Source: Lingula anatina (taxonomy: Eukaryota > Animalia > Brachiopoda). From it: 64,000 nucleotides of DNA. A model generated the notes under the pieces. That model had not been told where the DNA came from. It made no database searches and saw only the letters and a list, made by a program, of their open reading frames with translations. Below are positions 1-11,663 of the stretch, one piece after another. The position numbers and the translations under genes are program-made. Location of the stretch: the NCBI GenBank assembly GCA_051362555.1, contig CM120645.1, positions 15,562,001 through 15,626,000 on the forward strand, written 5' to 3'. Every line of letters begins with the position of its first letter. Position 1 is the first letter of the stretch.

Positions 1-477
1 CAAGACTTTCATTTTCTTTTCTGGAAGAAGTTCTTCCTCTATGTGTCTTTTACTGGTACTGGGATTTTCATTATGGGCAGTGTCTGCCATCTCGACTACT
101 TGGTCTGAATCCCGAGCCTCACTAAGAACTGACGTGTCGTCATAAATTGGCTCTTCATAATACTCATGAGGATATTCATACCTTATTTCGTTTTTAAAAT
201 CCTCCATTTGCTTTTGAAGATTATCTTGCATATTCTTCATTGTGCCAGCTATGAAGTCAAGTGCTGCACTAATTTTATGATCCACAGTCGTGGTATTATC
301 GGCACTAGTGGACGCGCCATTTTCATTTTCCACATGAACGCTACTCTGCGTCAGAGTTTGAATTTCTGTTAGAAATTGTGGTGAGTCACCACTTTCTTTC
401 GACTTCCCGTCGGAAGATTTCTTGTGGCCATGCGTATTTTTCTTAACTTTTGGTCTACTTTCGACCTTTTCAGCCAT
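1..477 (-). CDS. 5' part of an ORF open to the window edge (>=159 aa), possibly gag/ORF1 of a DIRS-like retroelement
   Basis: Manual translation from the ATG at 477 has no stop down to position 1: MAEKVESRPKVKKNTHGHKKSSDGKSKESGDSPQFLTEIQ...DHKISAALDFIAGTMKNMQDNLQKQMEDFKNEIRYEYPHEYYEEPIYDD...EEELLPEKKMKVL. It is absent from the ORF track because the stop lies outside the window. A charged, low-complexity N-terminus plus a short coiled coil is gag-like; the DIRS assignment is inference. Confidence 0.45.
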   Translation of the reverse strand, partial: MAEKVESRPKVKKNTHGHKKSSDGKSKESGDSPQFLTEIQTLTQSSVHVENENGASTSADNTTTVDHKISAALDFIAGTMKNMQDNLQKQMEDFKNEIRYEYPHEYYEEPIYDDTSVLSEARDSDQVVEMADTAHNENPSTSKRHIEEELLPEKKMKVL

Positions 478-1380
478 AATATTAGAATATTCTTGAAAAT
501 TTTTGTGCCACAATTTTTCCACGTGCCGTGCTCGCTCGACAAAAAACCGGAAGTGGAGATGTGCGCAAGTGCGCATATGCTCTCGCATAAAACGGGAATC
601 TCGTATGACCTCATTTGTATAGAAACGAAATAGAATTATAACCAATTATAACCTCAAACTCTACTAAAGTTCGATTGCTGCATAAACTGAAGACGTCATA
701 ACACAATTACACAAAATGTGATTTTTTTCACCAAGACGCTAATCAAGAGGTTGTTTCTATTTATAAGAATATCATAATTACAAATACTGATATTTGAAGT
801 GTTTGACACCAATAAAATGTCAAAAAACAATTCAATAAGCGAAGCTTGGACTGACACAATTACTGACACATTGGTGAGTAGTGTCCAGTCTCACAATCAT
901 AATAGACATTGAGGAAGGTCTCGGTGCGACCGAGTGCTTTGTTTCTGCAGACAGTCTGCTTTTTCATTTTGTGTAGAAAATGACACTTTTAAATTTATGA
1001 TTATTATCAATAGATTACACAGATGAATTACATTCATCAGAAAATATACAATGATGTATGAAATGTTTAATTTTGAAATTTTTATGCATAATAAAACATA
1101 ACTTTAGCATTCTTCACATGAATATATTATTATATCTGGATTAAATGCGACTAATCCTCAGAAGCCATCAAATACTCACTGTGGTTTGAAACATCTTCTC
1201 AACATGAGAAAGCAGACAGTTTGAAGTCAGTATACATATTCTGTTGTATCATATCATTTCCCTACTTCATTTATTCATTCAGAAACAATTTGCATTTGTT
1301 GTAAACATAAGGCGCAAACGAAATAAGGTCTCCCTTCTCTTTTTGTACTACCTTTGTTAAAAATTACAAAATGTAAAAAA

Positions 1381-1383
<3 letters not shown>

Positions 1384-1467
<84 letters not shown>
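1384..1467. repeat. (AT)n microsatellite
   Basis: Pure AT dinucleotide run; absent at the paralogous positions ~7170 and ~16330. Confidence 0.95.
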
Positions 1468-1468
<1 letters not shown>

Positions 1469-3016
1469 TGAGCTACCAGTAAATCACAGTGTATTTTTAG
1501 CATTTATAATCTCAACGTTATCAAAGCACTATACCTAACCTAGCATGGCTTTAGCTATACCTGTACAAACGATGGAGTTCAACATTTATTTGCTCCATCA
1601 ATTAATTTACTTTACCAAGTATATCAAGGCAACAGCACCTGATGATGTCCACGCTTGCACCACACATTAGCATACATCTAACACTCTTATCTTTGCCTTG
1701 GGGCTTTCATCGAACATGTGCTCATATATGACCCAGGTAATAAGAAATGATGATTAAAATCATTACTGCATGGAAAAAAATAAAATGCCTACATCTATTA
1801 ATTCCTCAGGGTGTGACAACTATGTTGAGCAACAGTGAATTACAATCCTCTGCATCAGTAGAAATTATACAATGTAAATCGCCATTATGAAATAAAGCAG
1901 CACGAAACATCGTAATGAAAAAGATTAGTTTTGTCTGGATACAAGGTCCGTAATACCTTAAAACCTTGGAAATATTTTGATTGGTTTGATTAACTATGGA
2001 TGACCAAACTGTGAAACTGCATGTGACACCGCAGGGACTGGGATGGCGGTAGGAGTGTTATGTCACAAAGTGCAGCAGGAGTTCAAGGCGATTTGCAGAG
2101 CTCCAGGAACTTATTAGGTGTTATTATTGAAGTGGCTTATTTCCATCATACCGTCCTGTTTTTATTGCAGTAGTATTATTGTGAAATTTTTATGAATAAA
2201 TTATTTTTGTATATTTTCTGCAATATTTCAGTAAATCAATGTCATTTTGTTTACTCTAGAGGCTGAACGGTCCGTTTTCTAACCGATAAGCGCCAAGGGT
2301 GACCAGGGCCAGACAATAAGCGTCATTAAAATATAAGATTTCACTGGTCTGCGTATTTCTCTTTGTTTGCGGCCAAGTCGCTAGCCTTTCCGCATTGTTT
2401 TGATGTTGAATTTGTGAGATATCCACTCCACTTCATGACGTCCGTTTTCTGTAAGAAAAAAATAGTTACTGTACATGCTTAAATAAGTAATATACATACA
2501 TATGCCCTTGGATGCAAATAATATTGTCAGTGCGTTGAATCATTAAGTTAGGTCAATGAAACTGAAAGTAAAGTCTATTCTTTTGTTTTTTTTTAATTCA
2601 GTCAAAAATAATTGGACAATCAAATACATGTCACTTATATTTCTACTTCATAGCCACATTTCAGTATAAACTTAAAACAAGCAAAAACAACATTAAGTCT
2701 CTGGCACTATATATACATCGGTTTTGTTATATTACACAAAACGTGACTGTGTAGTTCAATGCAGCTGTGACAACCGACATTAATTAGAACTGAATAAATT
2801 TCTTGGAAGTAAAATAAAGTTCTATACAAAAACGTAATTCATGCTGACATAGGTATCATTTACACAATGAACCCATTTAAACCAGCAGGCAGTAACGGTA
2901 TAAATTTACCCTCATACTTTGGTTTCGACGCTATAAGCAGAATACTCTATTTTTACTGCAAATGAGAGTTGCGTCATTATTGCTCGTTGAGTTTCGATCC
3001 TTTTTAATTTCAAAAG

Positions 3017-3117
3017 ATGACTTTCACAGCAGTTGTAGCCTTTATTTTGGTATATTTTGCTATAGAACAATTCCACATAGTATGTTGTTACGCTAAAAAG
3101 ATGTGAATGCCATCATT
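3017..3117 (+). pseudogene. Pseudo first exon (signal peptide + CC) of a mytimycin/EF-hand-family gene
   Basis: Reads MTFTAVVAFILVYFAIEQFHIVCCYAKKM* (TGA 3104-3106), with a GTAAGT donor at 3118. The N-terminus resembles MTFTTVLVFSIACL of the 29715 gene, and VCC matches the start of the 12-Cys peptide. A second copy at ~8943 has a 4-nt deletion after the ATG. Confidence 0.5.
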
Positions 3118-4239
3118 GTAAGTTAACTTACATGTAGATCCATTATATGGTACAAATTATTTATTCCAATACTGTAAAACAGTATATGCAGTGGGTGTTT
3201 TATGTTCAAGTACTGGATAGTTCATGTTCATTTGTTATGAATAGATTTAACTAGTAGGTTTATTTGTTATGACAGCTTATTTATTTCATTTATTTACTTA
3301 TTCATTTATTGATATAAAAATGCAATTGATTTATTTTCTTGACGCCATCCACAAATATTGAGTCCTTATCAACTCTTGCCAAATCGAGTTTGCAAATATA
3401 TATACTCTTGACTATTTGTTCTTTACTTGTGTTTTCAATTCACGCAAGGGTGCTATTTTTACCAGAGAGTTGTAATTCGTATATTAAAGTAAATGTATCG
3501 TGGAATCAAAGTTGAAGCTAGGGAAGAATTATACTTAAGTCTAGATTAAAATACCCCACGGTGACCACAACCTGTACTACCCCATACCCAATTCAAAAGA
3601 CTTAATCGTGCTGTCTGATATCAACTCTGTGTGGTATGGCTATTGGTAAAATGTGGGCTGTAATAGAAACAATTCATATGGTGTCATTTTGAATAGGTCA
3701 TAATATTTTCGATGTATTAACGGTATTACAAATATTAACTTGCTTTATTTCACATATCTTAGATTCGGTATCAGGGCCCCCGGTGTCAGGCAACACGGTC
3801 CTACCATTCTATGGTCCGTACGACCCGGTGTTTTAAAAGTGAAAGTCCGACAGACTTTCTGTCCTGGAATAACGGGCCCCAGACTCTGCAAGTTCTAAAA
3901 TGTAGAATCCCACCTTGGCGTTATGTCAGTGTGGAATGTCCTGAAACCCTATGTTTTAAAACCAAAGGTCCGCATTGAAGGGTAATTATAAACAAAAAGT
4001 TCAATTTATTACATTCATTCAAAATAAGGATAAACATGATCAAAATTTTGCTGTATAAAATAGGCGATTTATTTTTTTATTAGTTTTGTGACCAGTACTC
4101 CAGGACTCAAAGAAGCAGAGTGATAGTCCTTAAACAATACTTAAAGATTGAAATCTGCTCTTTTTATCTTATTGTATTGTATCACTCTATACTATTGATT
4201 ACTATTGATTACCCATCAGTTACATATTAGTATAATTTG

Positions 4240-4802
4240 TACAGTGACGCAGCTTCTTTTTTTCTATACAGCCATTACGGCATCTACTAACTCCTCCTTG
4301 GCGATGTGATCACCCCAAATAATACGCTTAACTTATAAATTTGTAGAATGGAAAACATTACAAGTCAACATTAAAGGCTATTGGCACAAGTATACTAACA
4401 GGATGTACATCCTATATAATTACATTTCTTTCCGAAAAAAAAATACATTGAATATAAAATAAAGTTTTTGCTTCTATAAAACATGACAGCATCCAAGAGA
4501 ACAAGAAAGCGTTAAATATGTCTTACTATTAGATACCATGAAATAAACAGGTAATACATTTTGTAAAACCTCATGAAGCATATTTGAAATTACAAAACGT
4601 TAAAGCCAAGTGGAGCTTTGAGAGGACCCCATGGTGACTTAAGTTTGTGAACACTTTGGATGGTCTCTCTGTGACTATTCTATAAATTTGGCCCCTACCC
4701 CTCTCTGTCAATGTCACTGAATACCGCCTGGGTAGTGGTTCTGATAGTCAAGGATGACGCACCGTCAATTGCTCTTTTTTGGTACATTTATACAAGACGT
4801 AT
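4240..4802 (-). pseudogene. Pseudogene remnant of mytimycin-like gene (exons 3 and 4)
   Basis: Exon 4699-4802 is AG/GT-flanked and 104 nt versus 105 nt in the intact gene. It reads YVLYKC / 1-nt deletion / QKRAIDGASSLTIRTTTQAVFSDIDREG versus intact YSTCRCDKKRAVDYTSPLVTRANTKAVFSDIDKDS. 4240-4315 reads GDHIAKEELVDAVMAV*KKRSCV versus DDHVSKAEFTEAAMTLSKKRSSV. Confidence 0.8.
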
Positions 4803-4913
4803 CTGTATTTAAATACTGTCGCAGTTTTGCCATCGGGGTTTTATGAAAAAGGTTCGAATAAGCACGCCTCGCAATAAATACTCTACAAATTTAGAGGTGG
4901 ATTTCATGTTCCT

Positions 4914-5800
4914 CACTGAGAATAAAATCGGAGTCCAAAAGACTCCAAACTTGAAGTCCAGCAGTGGTGCCTAAAATAACTCCCAATTGGAGTCGAGTTG
5001 CCTCCGATGGAGTAGCGCCATCCCAGACCCCACAGGAGGGTCACAATTGACTCCATTCACATATCCCTTCATCCCTTGATTTATCTCTACAAAAGAGTCA
5101 CCATGACCCCATATTAAGGGATTTTTGACTCTTGGCACATTATGAAAATAATAATAATAATAATAACAATAGTGCCAAGCGGGGAGACAGCAGGTACCGT
5201 TTAATAAAGACTGATATGTCCTTCGGCTCTGGAGGCGGACACTCTAAACACAAGGTCATCCGGTCGCATAGGATGTTGAAACAGCAATAACAAACAGTTT
5301 TTAAATCTGGTAATAAACAGCATCACACACACACACACACACGCACACACATACACACATATACAGGGTGTGGCCAATTGAAAGCCCGGGCCAGTAATAA
5401 GTGCACGAGTTCTGCTTGCAGAAACACACAGAAAAGCACTTGTTCATGCATAAAACCAACTATGGCCAATAAAGTAATGTTTATACTGACAAAGTATGAT
5501 GAAAACTGTTCTCACCACGCCTTCTGCTCACTGCCATCACAAGTACTGAGTGCGAGGCTTACTGTCCAGCGAGCGAAAAGAGTCGGTGAAAGGGGTCAGC
5601 CAGACACTGGCCCCCAGTAATGTGACTCTGATTTTAGAGACTCCATCAGAGCCAGGGGTGATTGACTATGAGAAGAGAGTCTAACGACTCAGGTAGTGGG
5701 GTAATTTGACCCTTATATAGGAGCCAAATTAACTCCATGAGGGTCAAAGAGTGCTGGACTCTGACTAGAGAGTCAAATTACTCCAATTTTATTCTCAGTG
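4914..5800. mobile_element. Non-autonomous CACTA/EnSpm(CMC)-like DNA transposon (MITE), 887 bp
   Basis: TIRs CACTGAGAATAAAAT(C/T)GGAGT ... ACTCCAATTTTATTCTCAGTG. 2-bp TSD CT (4912-4913 and 5801-5802). The paralogous empty site at ~15771-15786 (tcatgttcctgttttt) has a single CT. Internal GACTC/GAGTC subterminal motifs. Confidence 0.85.
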
Positions 5801-5855
5801 CTGTTTTGTGAAGAGTTATGCTGTTTGGGAGATGTCCATCTGATTTAAACACCAG

Positions 5856-6261
5856 GGCCCGGTTTTATAAAGGATGTTTATCACTAACCAGTGGATAAGC
5901 CTAACCAGTGGATAAAATCTCCAAACACTGGTTAACTAAACGGCGGTTAAAATTGTGTTTTATAAACAGCATTTAAACAGCCATTTAGTTTTTTTAACCA
6001 GTGTTTAGTTGCTATGAACAACTTAACCAGACCATATTTGGAAATAAAATTTCTCAGAATGCAATGGGTCTCTATAAACAAAATAAAATACCCATAATTA
6101 ATCCATTGTTCTTTTGTGTTGTCTGCTATTCTTTAATGTACTTTGGCATTGTCAGCAATATCTGAGAAAACAAAGAGATGATTTAGATTGATTTAGATGA
6201 TTTAGATTGCCAGAGTATGTTTACGTACTTATTTTCCAAAAAAAAAAAAATAATAATAAAA

Positions 6262-6300
<39 letters not shown>

Positions 6301-6776
6301 AAATAATAATAATAATTATAAATAAATTAATAATCATAATATCATAAAAAATATTCAAAATGAAACTAGTTTCCTTGAAAGAATGATTCCTTTCCGTCTC
6401 TGGAGCTAGTTGGTTTTGAAGTAAGTTTTTTAAATACAGTATCGAATTTCTACTGAATCTAAATCTTTCAATGAGTTCTTGCTCAGTTGCTCCATCAAAA
6501 TCAAATCAATCTCTACTGAAATTGCTGTCTCTTCTCGGTCTTAAAGGTATATATCTGCGAGGATTTCTGGCAAACCGCAGCAGGTTTGTTATTTTTATCC
6601 GGCGTTTAAGAAATTTAAACTACCTCCCTCAAGCGTATAAATTTAACCAACCGTTAAGAAGATTTAACCATTGGTTAGTGCTAAACGACGTTCATGAAAC
6701 CCGGTTAAACGTCGTTTAAGTTAAACGCTGGATTTAATCGGTGGTTAGTGCTAAACGTCCTTTATAAAACCGGGCC
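5856..6776. mobile_element. Non-autonomous PIF/Harbinger-like MITE, 921 bp
   Basis: TIRs GGCCCGGTTTTATAAAGGATGTTTATCACTAACCA ... TGGTTAGTGCTAAACGTCCTTTATAAAACCGGGCC. 3-bp TSD CAG (5853-5855 and 6777-6779). Empty site acaccaggct at ~15828-15837 in the third array copy. Confidence 0.85.
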
Positions 6777-9700
6777 CAGGCTAGTATTGAGAGCAATATT
6801 GAAAAACACAGCTTTGTGTCTGCCAATAAGTTTCAGCGGCAGAATCAAAAGAAATAGGTCATATAATTATTATATCTGGATTAAATGCGACTAACCCTCA
6901 GAAGCCATCAAATACTCACTGTGGTTTGAAACATCTTCTCAACATGAGAAAGCAGACAGTTTGAACTCGGTGTACATATTCTTTTGTATCATATCATTTT
7001 CCTACTTCATTACTTCATTCAGAAACAATCATCACATTTTTAAATTACCTTTTAAATCTTCACAACTTAAAAATTGCATTTGTTGTAAACTTAAGGCGCT
7101 AACCAAATAAGGTCTCCTCCATGATCTTTTTGTACTACCTTTGTAATAAAGTACAAAATGTAAAAAATGATAATGAAAAAAATTCAAACAATACTGCGCT
7201 ACCAGTAAATGACAGTGCATTTTTTAGCTTTTTTAATCTCAACGGTATCAAAACACTATACCTTACCTAGCATATATGGCTTTAGCTATACCTATACAAG
7301 CAGTGGACTTCAGAATGTATATACTCCATCAATTAATTTACTTTACTAAGTATATCAAGGCAACAGCACCTGATGATGGCCAAGCTTGCACCACACATTA
7401 GCATACATCTAACACTCTTAACTTTGCCTTGGGGCTTTCATCGAACATGAGCTCATATTTGACCCAGGTAATAAGAAATTTTCATTAAAATCATTACTGC
7501 GTGGAAAAAAATAAAATGCCTACATCTATTAATTTCTCAGGGTGTGACAACTATGTTGAGCAACAGTGAATTACAATCCTCTGCATCAGTAGAAATTATA
7601 CAATGTAAATCGCCATTATGAAATAAAGCAGCACGAAACATAGTAATGAAAAAGATTAGTTTTGTCTGGATACAAGGTCCGTAATACCTTAAAACCTTGG
7701 ATATAATTTGATTGGTTTGATTAACTATGGAAGACCAAACTGTGAAACTGCATGTGACACCGCAGGAACTGGGATTGTGGTAGGAGTGTTATGTCACAGG
7801 AGTTCAGCAGGAGTTCAAGGTGATTTGTAGAGCTCCAGGACTTACTAGGTGTTATTATTGAAGTGGCACATTTCCATCACACCATTCTGATTTTATTGCA
7901 GTAGTATTATTGTGAAATTTTTATGAATAAATTATTTTTGTATATTTTCTGCAATATTTCAGTAAATCAATGTCATTTTGTTTACTTCAGAGGATGAACT
8001 GTCCGTTTTCTAACCGATAAGCGCCAAGGGTGACCAGGGCCAGTCAATAAGCGTCATTAGAATATAAGATATCACTGGTCTGCGTATTTCTCTTTGTTTG
8101 CGGCCAAGTCGCTAGCCTTTCCGCATTGTTTTGATGTTGAATTTGCGAGATATCCACTCCACTGACGTACGTTTGCTTGAAAAAAATTGTTACTGTACAA
8201 GCTATCGTAAAGTAAGCAATGTTTTTTTTCTTTTTCTTTTTAAGGCAAAGATAAATGATTTGTATAATTTTTATACTCAAATTTACATGCATGTATACAT
8301 TTCAGATAATTTTCCTAATTCTGCTATTTACTGTTTATCAAAATATATAATGATTCTTAAGCAAAACCCGTTTAATCCGGTTATCAATAAATGACCAGAT
8401 GACTATATAGTGTTTAATCGACTAATATACATACATATGCCCTTGGATGCAAATATTATTGTCAGTGCGTTGAATCATTATGTTTAGTCAATGAGATTGA
8501 AAGTAAATTCTATTCTTTTATATTTTAATTCCGTCAAAAATAATTGGACAATCAAATACATGTCACTTATATTTCTACTTCATAGCCACATTTCAGTATA
8601 AACTTAAAACAAGCAAAACCAACATTAAGTCTCTGGCACTACATCGGTTTTGTTACATTTCACAAAATGTGAATGTGTAGTTCAATGCAGCTGTGACAAC
8701 CGACATTAATTAGAACTGATTAAATTTCTTGGAAGTAAAATAAAGTACTATACAAAAACGTAATTCATGCTGACATAGGTATCATTTACACAATGAACCC
8801 ATTCAAACAAGCAGGCAGTCACGGTATAAATTTACCTTCATACTTTGGTTTCAAAGCTATAAGCAGGATACTCTATTTTTACTGCAAATGAGAGTTGCGT
8901 CATTATTGCTCATTGAGTTTCGATCCTTTTTAATTTCAAAAGATGACACAGCAGTTGTAGCCTTTATTTTGGTATATTTTGCTATAGAACAATTCCACAT
9001 AGTATTTTGTTACGCTAAAAAGATGTGAATGCCATCATTGTAAGTTAACTTACATGTACATCTATTATATGGTACAAATTATTTTCTGCATATATTGTAC
9101 TAGCCTGTAATACAGTATATGCAGTGGGTGTTTTATGTTTAAGTACGGGATAGTTCATGTCCATTTGTTATTAATAGATTTAGCTAGCTATAGTAGGTTT
9201 ATTTGTAATGACCTGCTAGCTTATTTATTTTATTTATTTACTTATTCATTTACTGATAGAAAAATGCAATTGATTTATTTTCTTGACGCCATCCACAAAT
9301 ATTGAGTCCTTATCAACTCTTGCCAAATCGAGTTCGCAAATATATATACTCTGGACTATTTGTTTTTTACTTGTATTTCAATTCACGCAAGGGTGCTATT
9401 TTTACCAGAGAGTTGTAATTCGTATAAAAGTAAAAGTATCGTGAGATCAAATTTGAAGCAAGGGAAGAATTATACTTAAGTCTAGGTTAAATCTCCATGC
9501 TGACCACAACCCGTACTACACCATACCCAATTCAAAAGACTTAATCGTGCCTGATATCAACTCTGTGTGGTATGGCTATTGGTAAAATGTGGGCTGTAAT
9601 AAAAAACAATTCATATGGTGTCATTTTGAATAGGTCATAAAATTTTAGATGTATTAACGGTATTACCAATATTAACTTGCTTTATTTCGCATATCTTAGA

Positions 9701-10261
9701 ATCGGTATCAGGGCCCCCGGTGTCAAGCAACACGGTCCTACCATTCTATGGTCCGTACGACCCGGTGTTTCGAAGTGAAGTGACTTTCTGTCTCGAAATA
9801 ACGGGCCCCAGACTCTAAGTTCTAAAATGTAGAATCCCACCTGGGCAGTATGACAGTGTGGAATATCCTGGGACCCTATGTTTTAAAACCAAAGTTCGGC
9901 ATTGAAGGGTAATTATAAACAAAATGTTCAGTTTATTACATTCATTCATTCAAAATAAGGATAAACATAATCAAAATTTTGCTATATAAAGTAACACCCA
10001 TCGTGTGGATTCAGACACATCCAGGCTCTCACAATTAGGAATCGGTGGATTTAGGGGGAAAAAGGTGTACACGAGCAAAGAAAAATGCAAATGTAAAATC
10101 GGCAGCTCATTTATTTTCGTATTCGTTTTGTGAACAGTACTCTAGGACTCAAAGAATCAGGGTGTTATAATAGTCCTTAGGCAATATTTAAGATTAAAAT
10201 GTAGTAGCTCTATTTATCATATCGATTACCCATCAGTTACCTGTCAGTATACTTGTAATTT

Positions 10262-10327
10262 GTACATCTTTTTCTCTACACGGCCATTACAGCATCTACT
10301 AACTCCTCCTTGGAGATGTGATCAACC
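10262..10327 (-). pseudogene. Second remnant of mytimycin-like last exon (EF-hand)
   Basis: The tttag acceptor is intact, followed by VDHISKEELVDAVMAV* with the same premature TAG as the 4240-4315 copy. Confidence 0.7.
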
Positions 10328-10484
10328 CTAAAGCATACGGTAAAATTTTAAAATTGTAGAATGGGGAACAATTACAAGTCAACATAAAATGTTCTTGCCA
10401 CAGGTACATGAATACAAACAGAATATACATTCTATTTAATTACATTCCTTTCTGAGAAAAAGAATTACATTGAATACAAAATAA

Positions 10485-10632
10485 CACAGACGATCGAGCG
10501 TCATCTATCTCCGTCAAGAAAAGCCACGCCAGGCAGATGGTGAAGATTCTGAACTGCGTTAGATGAGAAAATTAAACAACTTTATATTTAATAAACTGTT
10601 ATTACCTTCCTTTGAGCATTTATTTTAAAAGG

Positions 10633-10676
<44 letters not shown>

Positions 10677-10878
10677 ACACACACAAAGGAAGGTAATAAC
10701 AGTTTATTAAGTATAAAGTATGTATTCTAAACCATAGATACTATGACCAAAAAACTCCATTACCGTAGTTGTGAAGTGAATGTTTATCGTTGTTTAATTT
10801 TCTCAGCTAACTCAGTTCAGAATCTTCACCATCTACCTGGCGTGACTTTTCTTGACGGAGCTAGATGACGTTTGTGTG
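10485..10878. mobile_element. Foldback/palindromic MITE-like element with central poly(A)
   Basis: ~10498-10580 is the reverse complement of ~10789-10870 (cgtcatcta...ccgtcaagaaaa...ggtgaagattctgaactg...gagaaaattaaacaac). An inner arm pair lies at ~10580-10614 and ~10683-10718, around an A-run at 10635-10675. It sits where array copy 2 breaks off. Confidence 0.7.
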
Positions 10879-11663
10879 TCACCCTGATACGTCAATAATT
10901 AAAAACAATTAAATATCAAAATGACTTTATTATGTCAGCCTAGTTACCACAGTAAAAACCATTTTATTAACTTTTAACATATTAAATAAAACCGCCGTAT
11001 GTCGGCAGTGTCCAAATGCCCACCGCGTGACAGAGGACCACGCCAACTGCTAACAGAAATGTGATGTCATGCCATGTCTATCGTGAGCTTCAGCTGCCAT
11101 GCCTGCCTGCTCCTTCATTTTTATATCTCAGAACATATGAGAAAGAGAACAAACTGGCAGTTATATGGTACCTCTGACAATCAGGATGTGAAGTCAAACC
11201 AGTATCTCAAAGTATTGTTATCCGTGCCTCATTCCTTACATAAGAGCTCTAAACTTAATAACCTAAAAAAAATCAATTAATCTCAACAAAAATGGTAAGC
11301 ACGACCCTTAGTTTTTTTAAAGCTGAAAGTAAAAAGGGAGAGCGAAGACTAATGCAGTGTGCTAGTGCAAGTGGGATATCTACTTTTCTGTTTTTCTGTC
11401 AAACTGAACAGAGATTATATCAACGACGTCACTTCTTAATCAGCTTGGGTTTTCATACTTGCAAAAGGATAATCTAGTAATCCACGGGAAATAGAAGCAT
11501 CCAGGAATGAGAGACGGTCGGCAGTTTTTAAGTCTAAGAACTATTCAAAATATCTACATAAATTACAAAGACGTAGCCAATTCCGCACTGCTTTCGTGCT
11601 AAGGCAAAATCAAGAAGATTCGTTGCACACACTCAGAGCGCTTACAGATTTAAAGACGAGATA

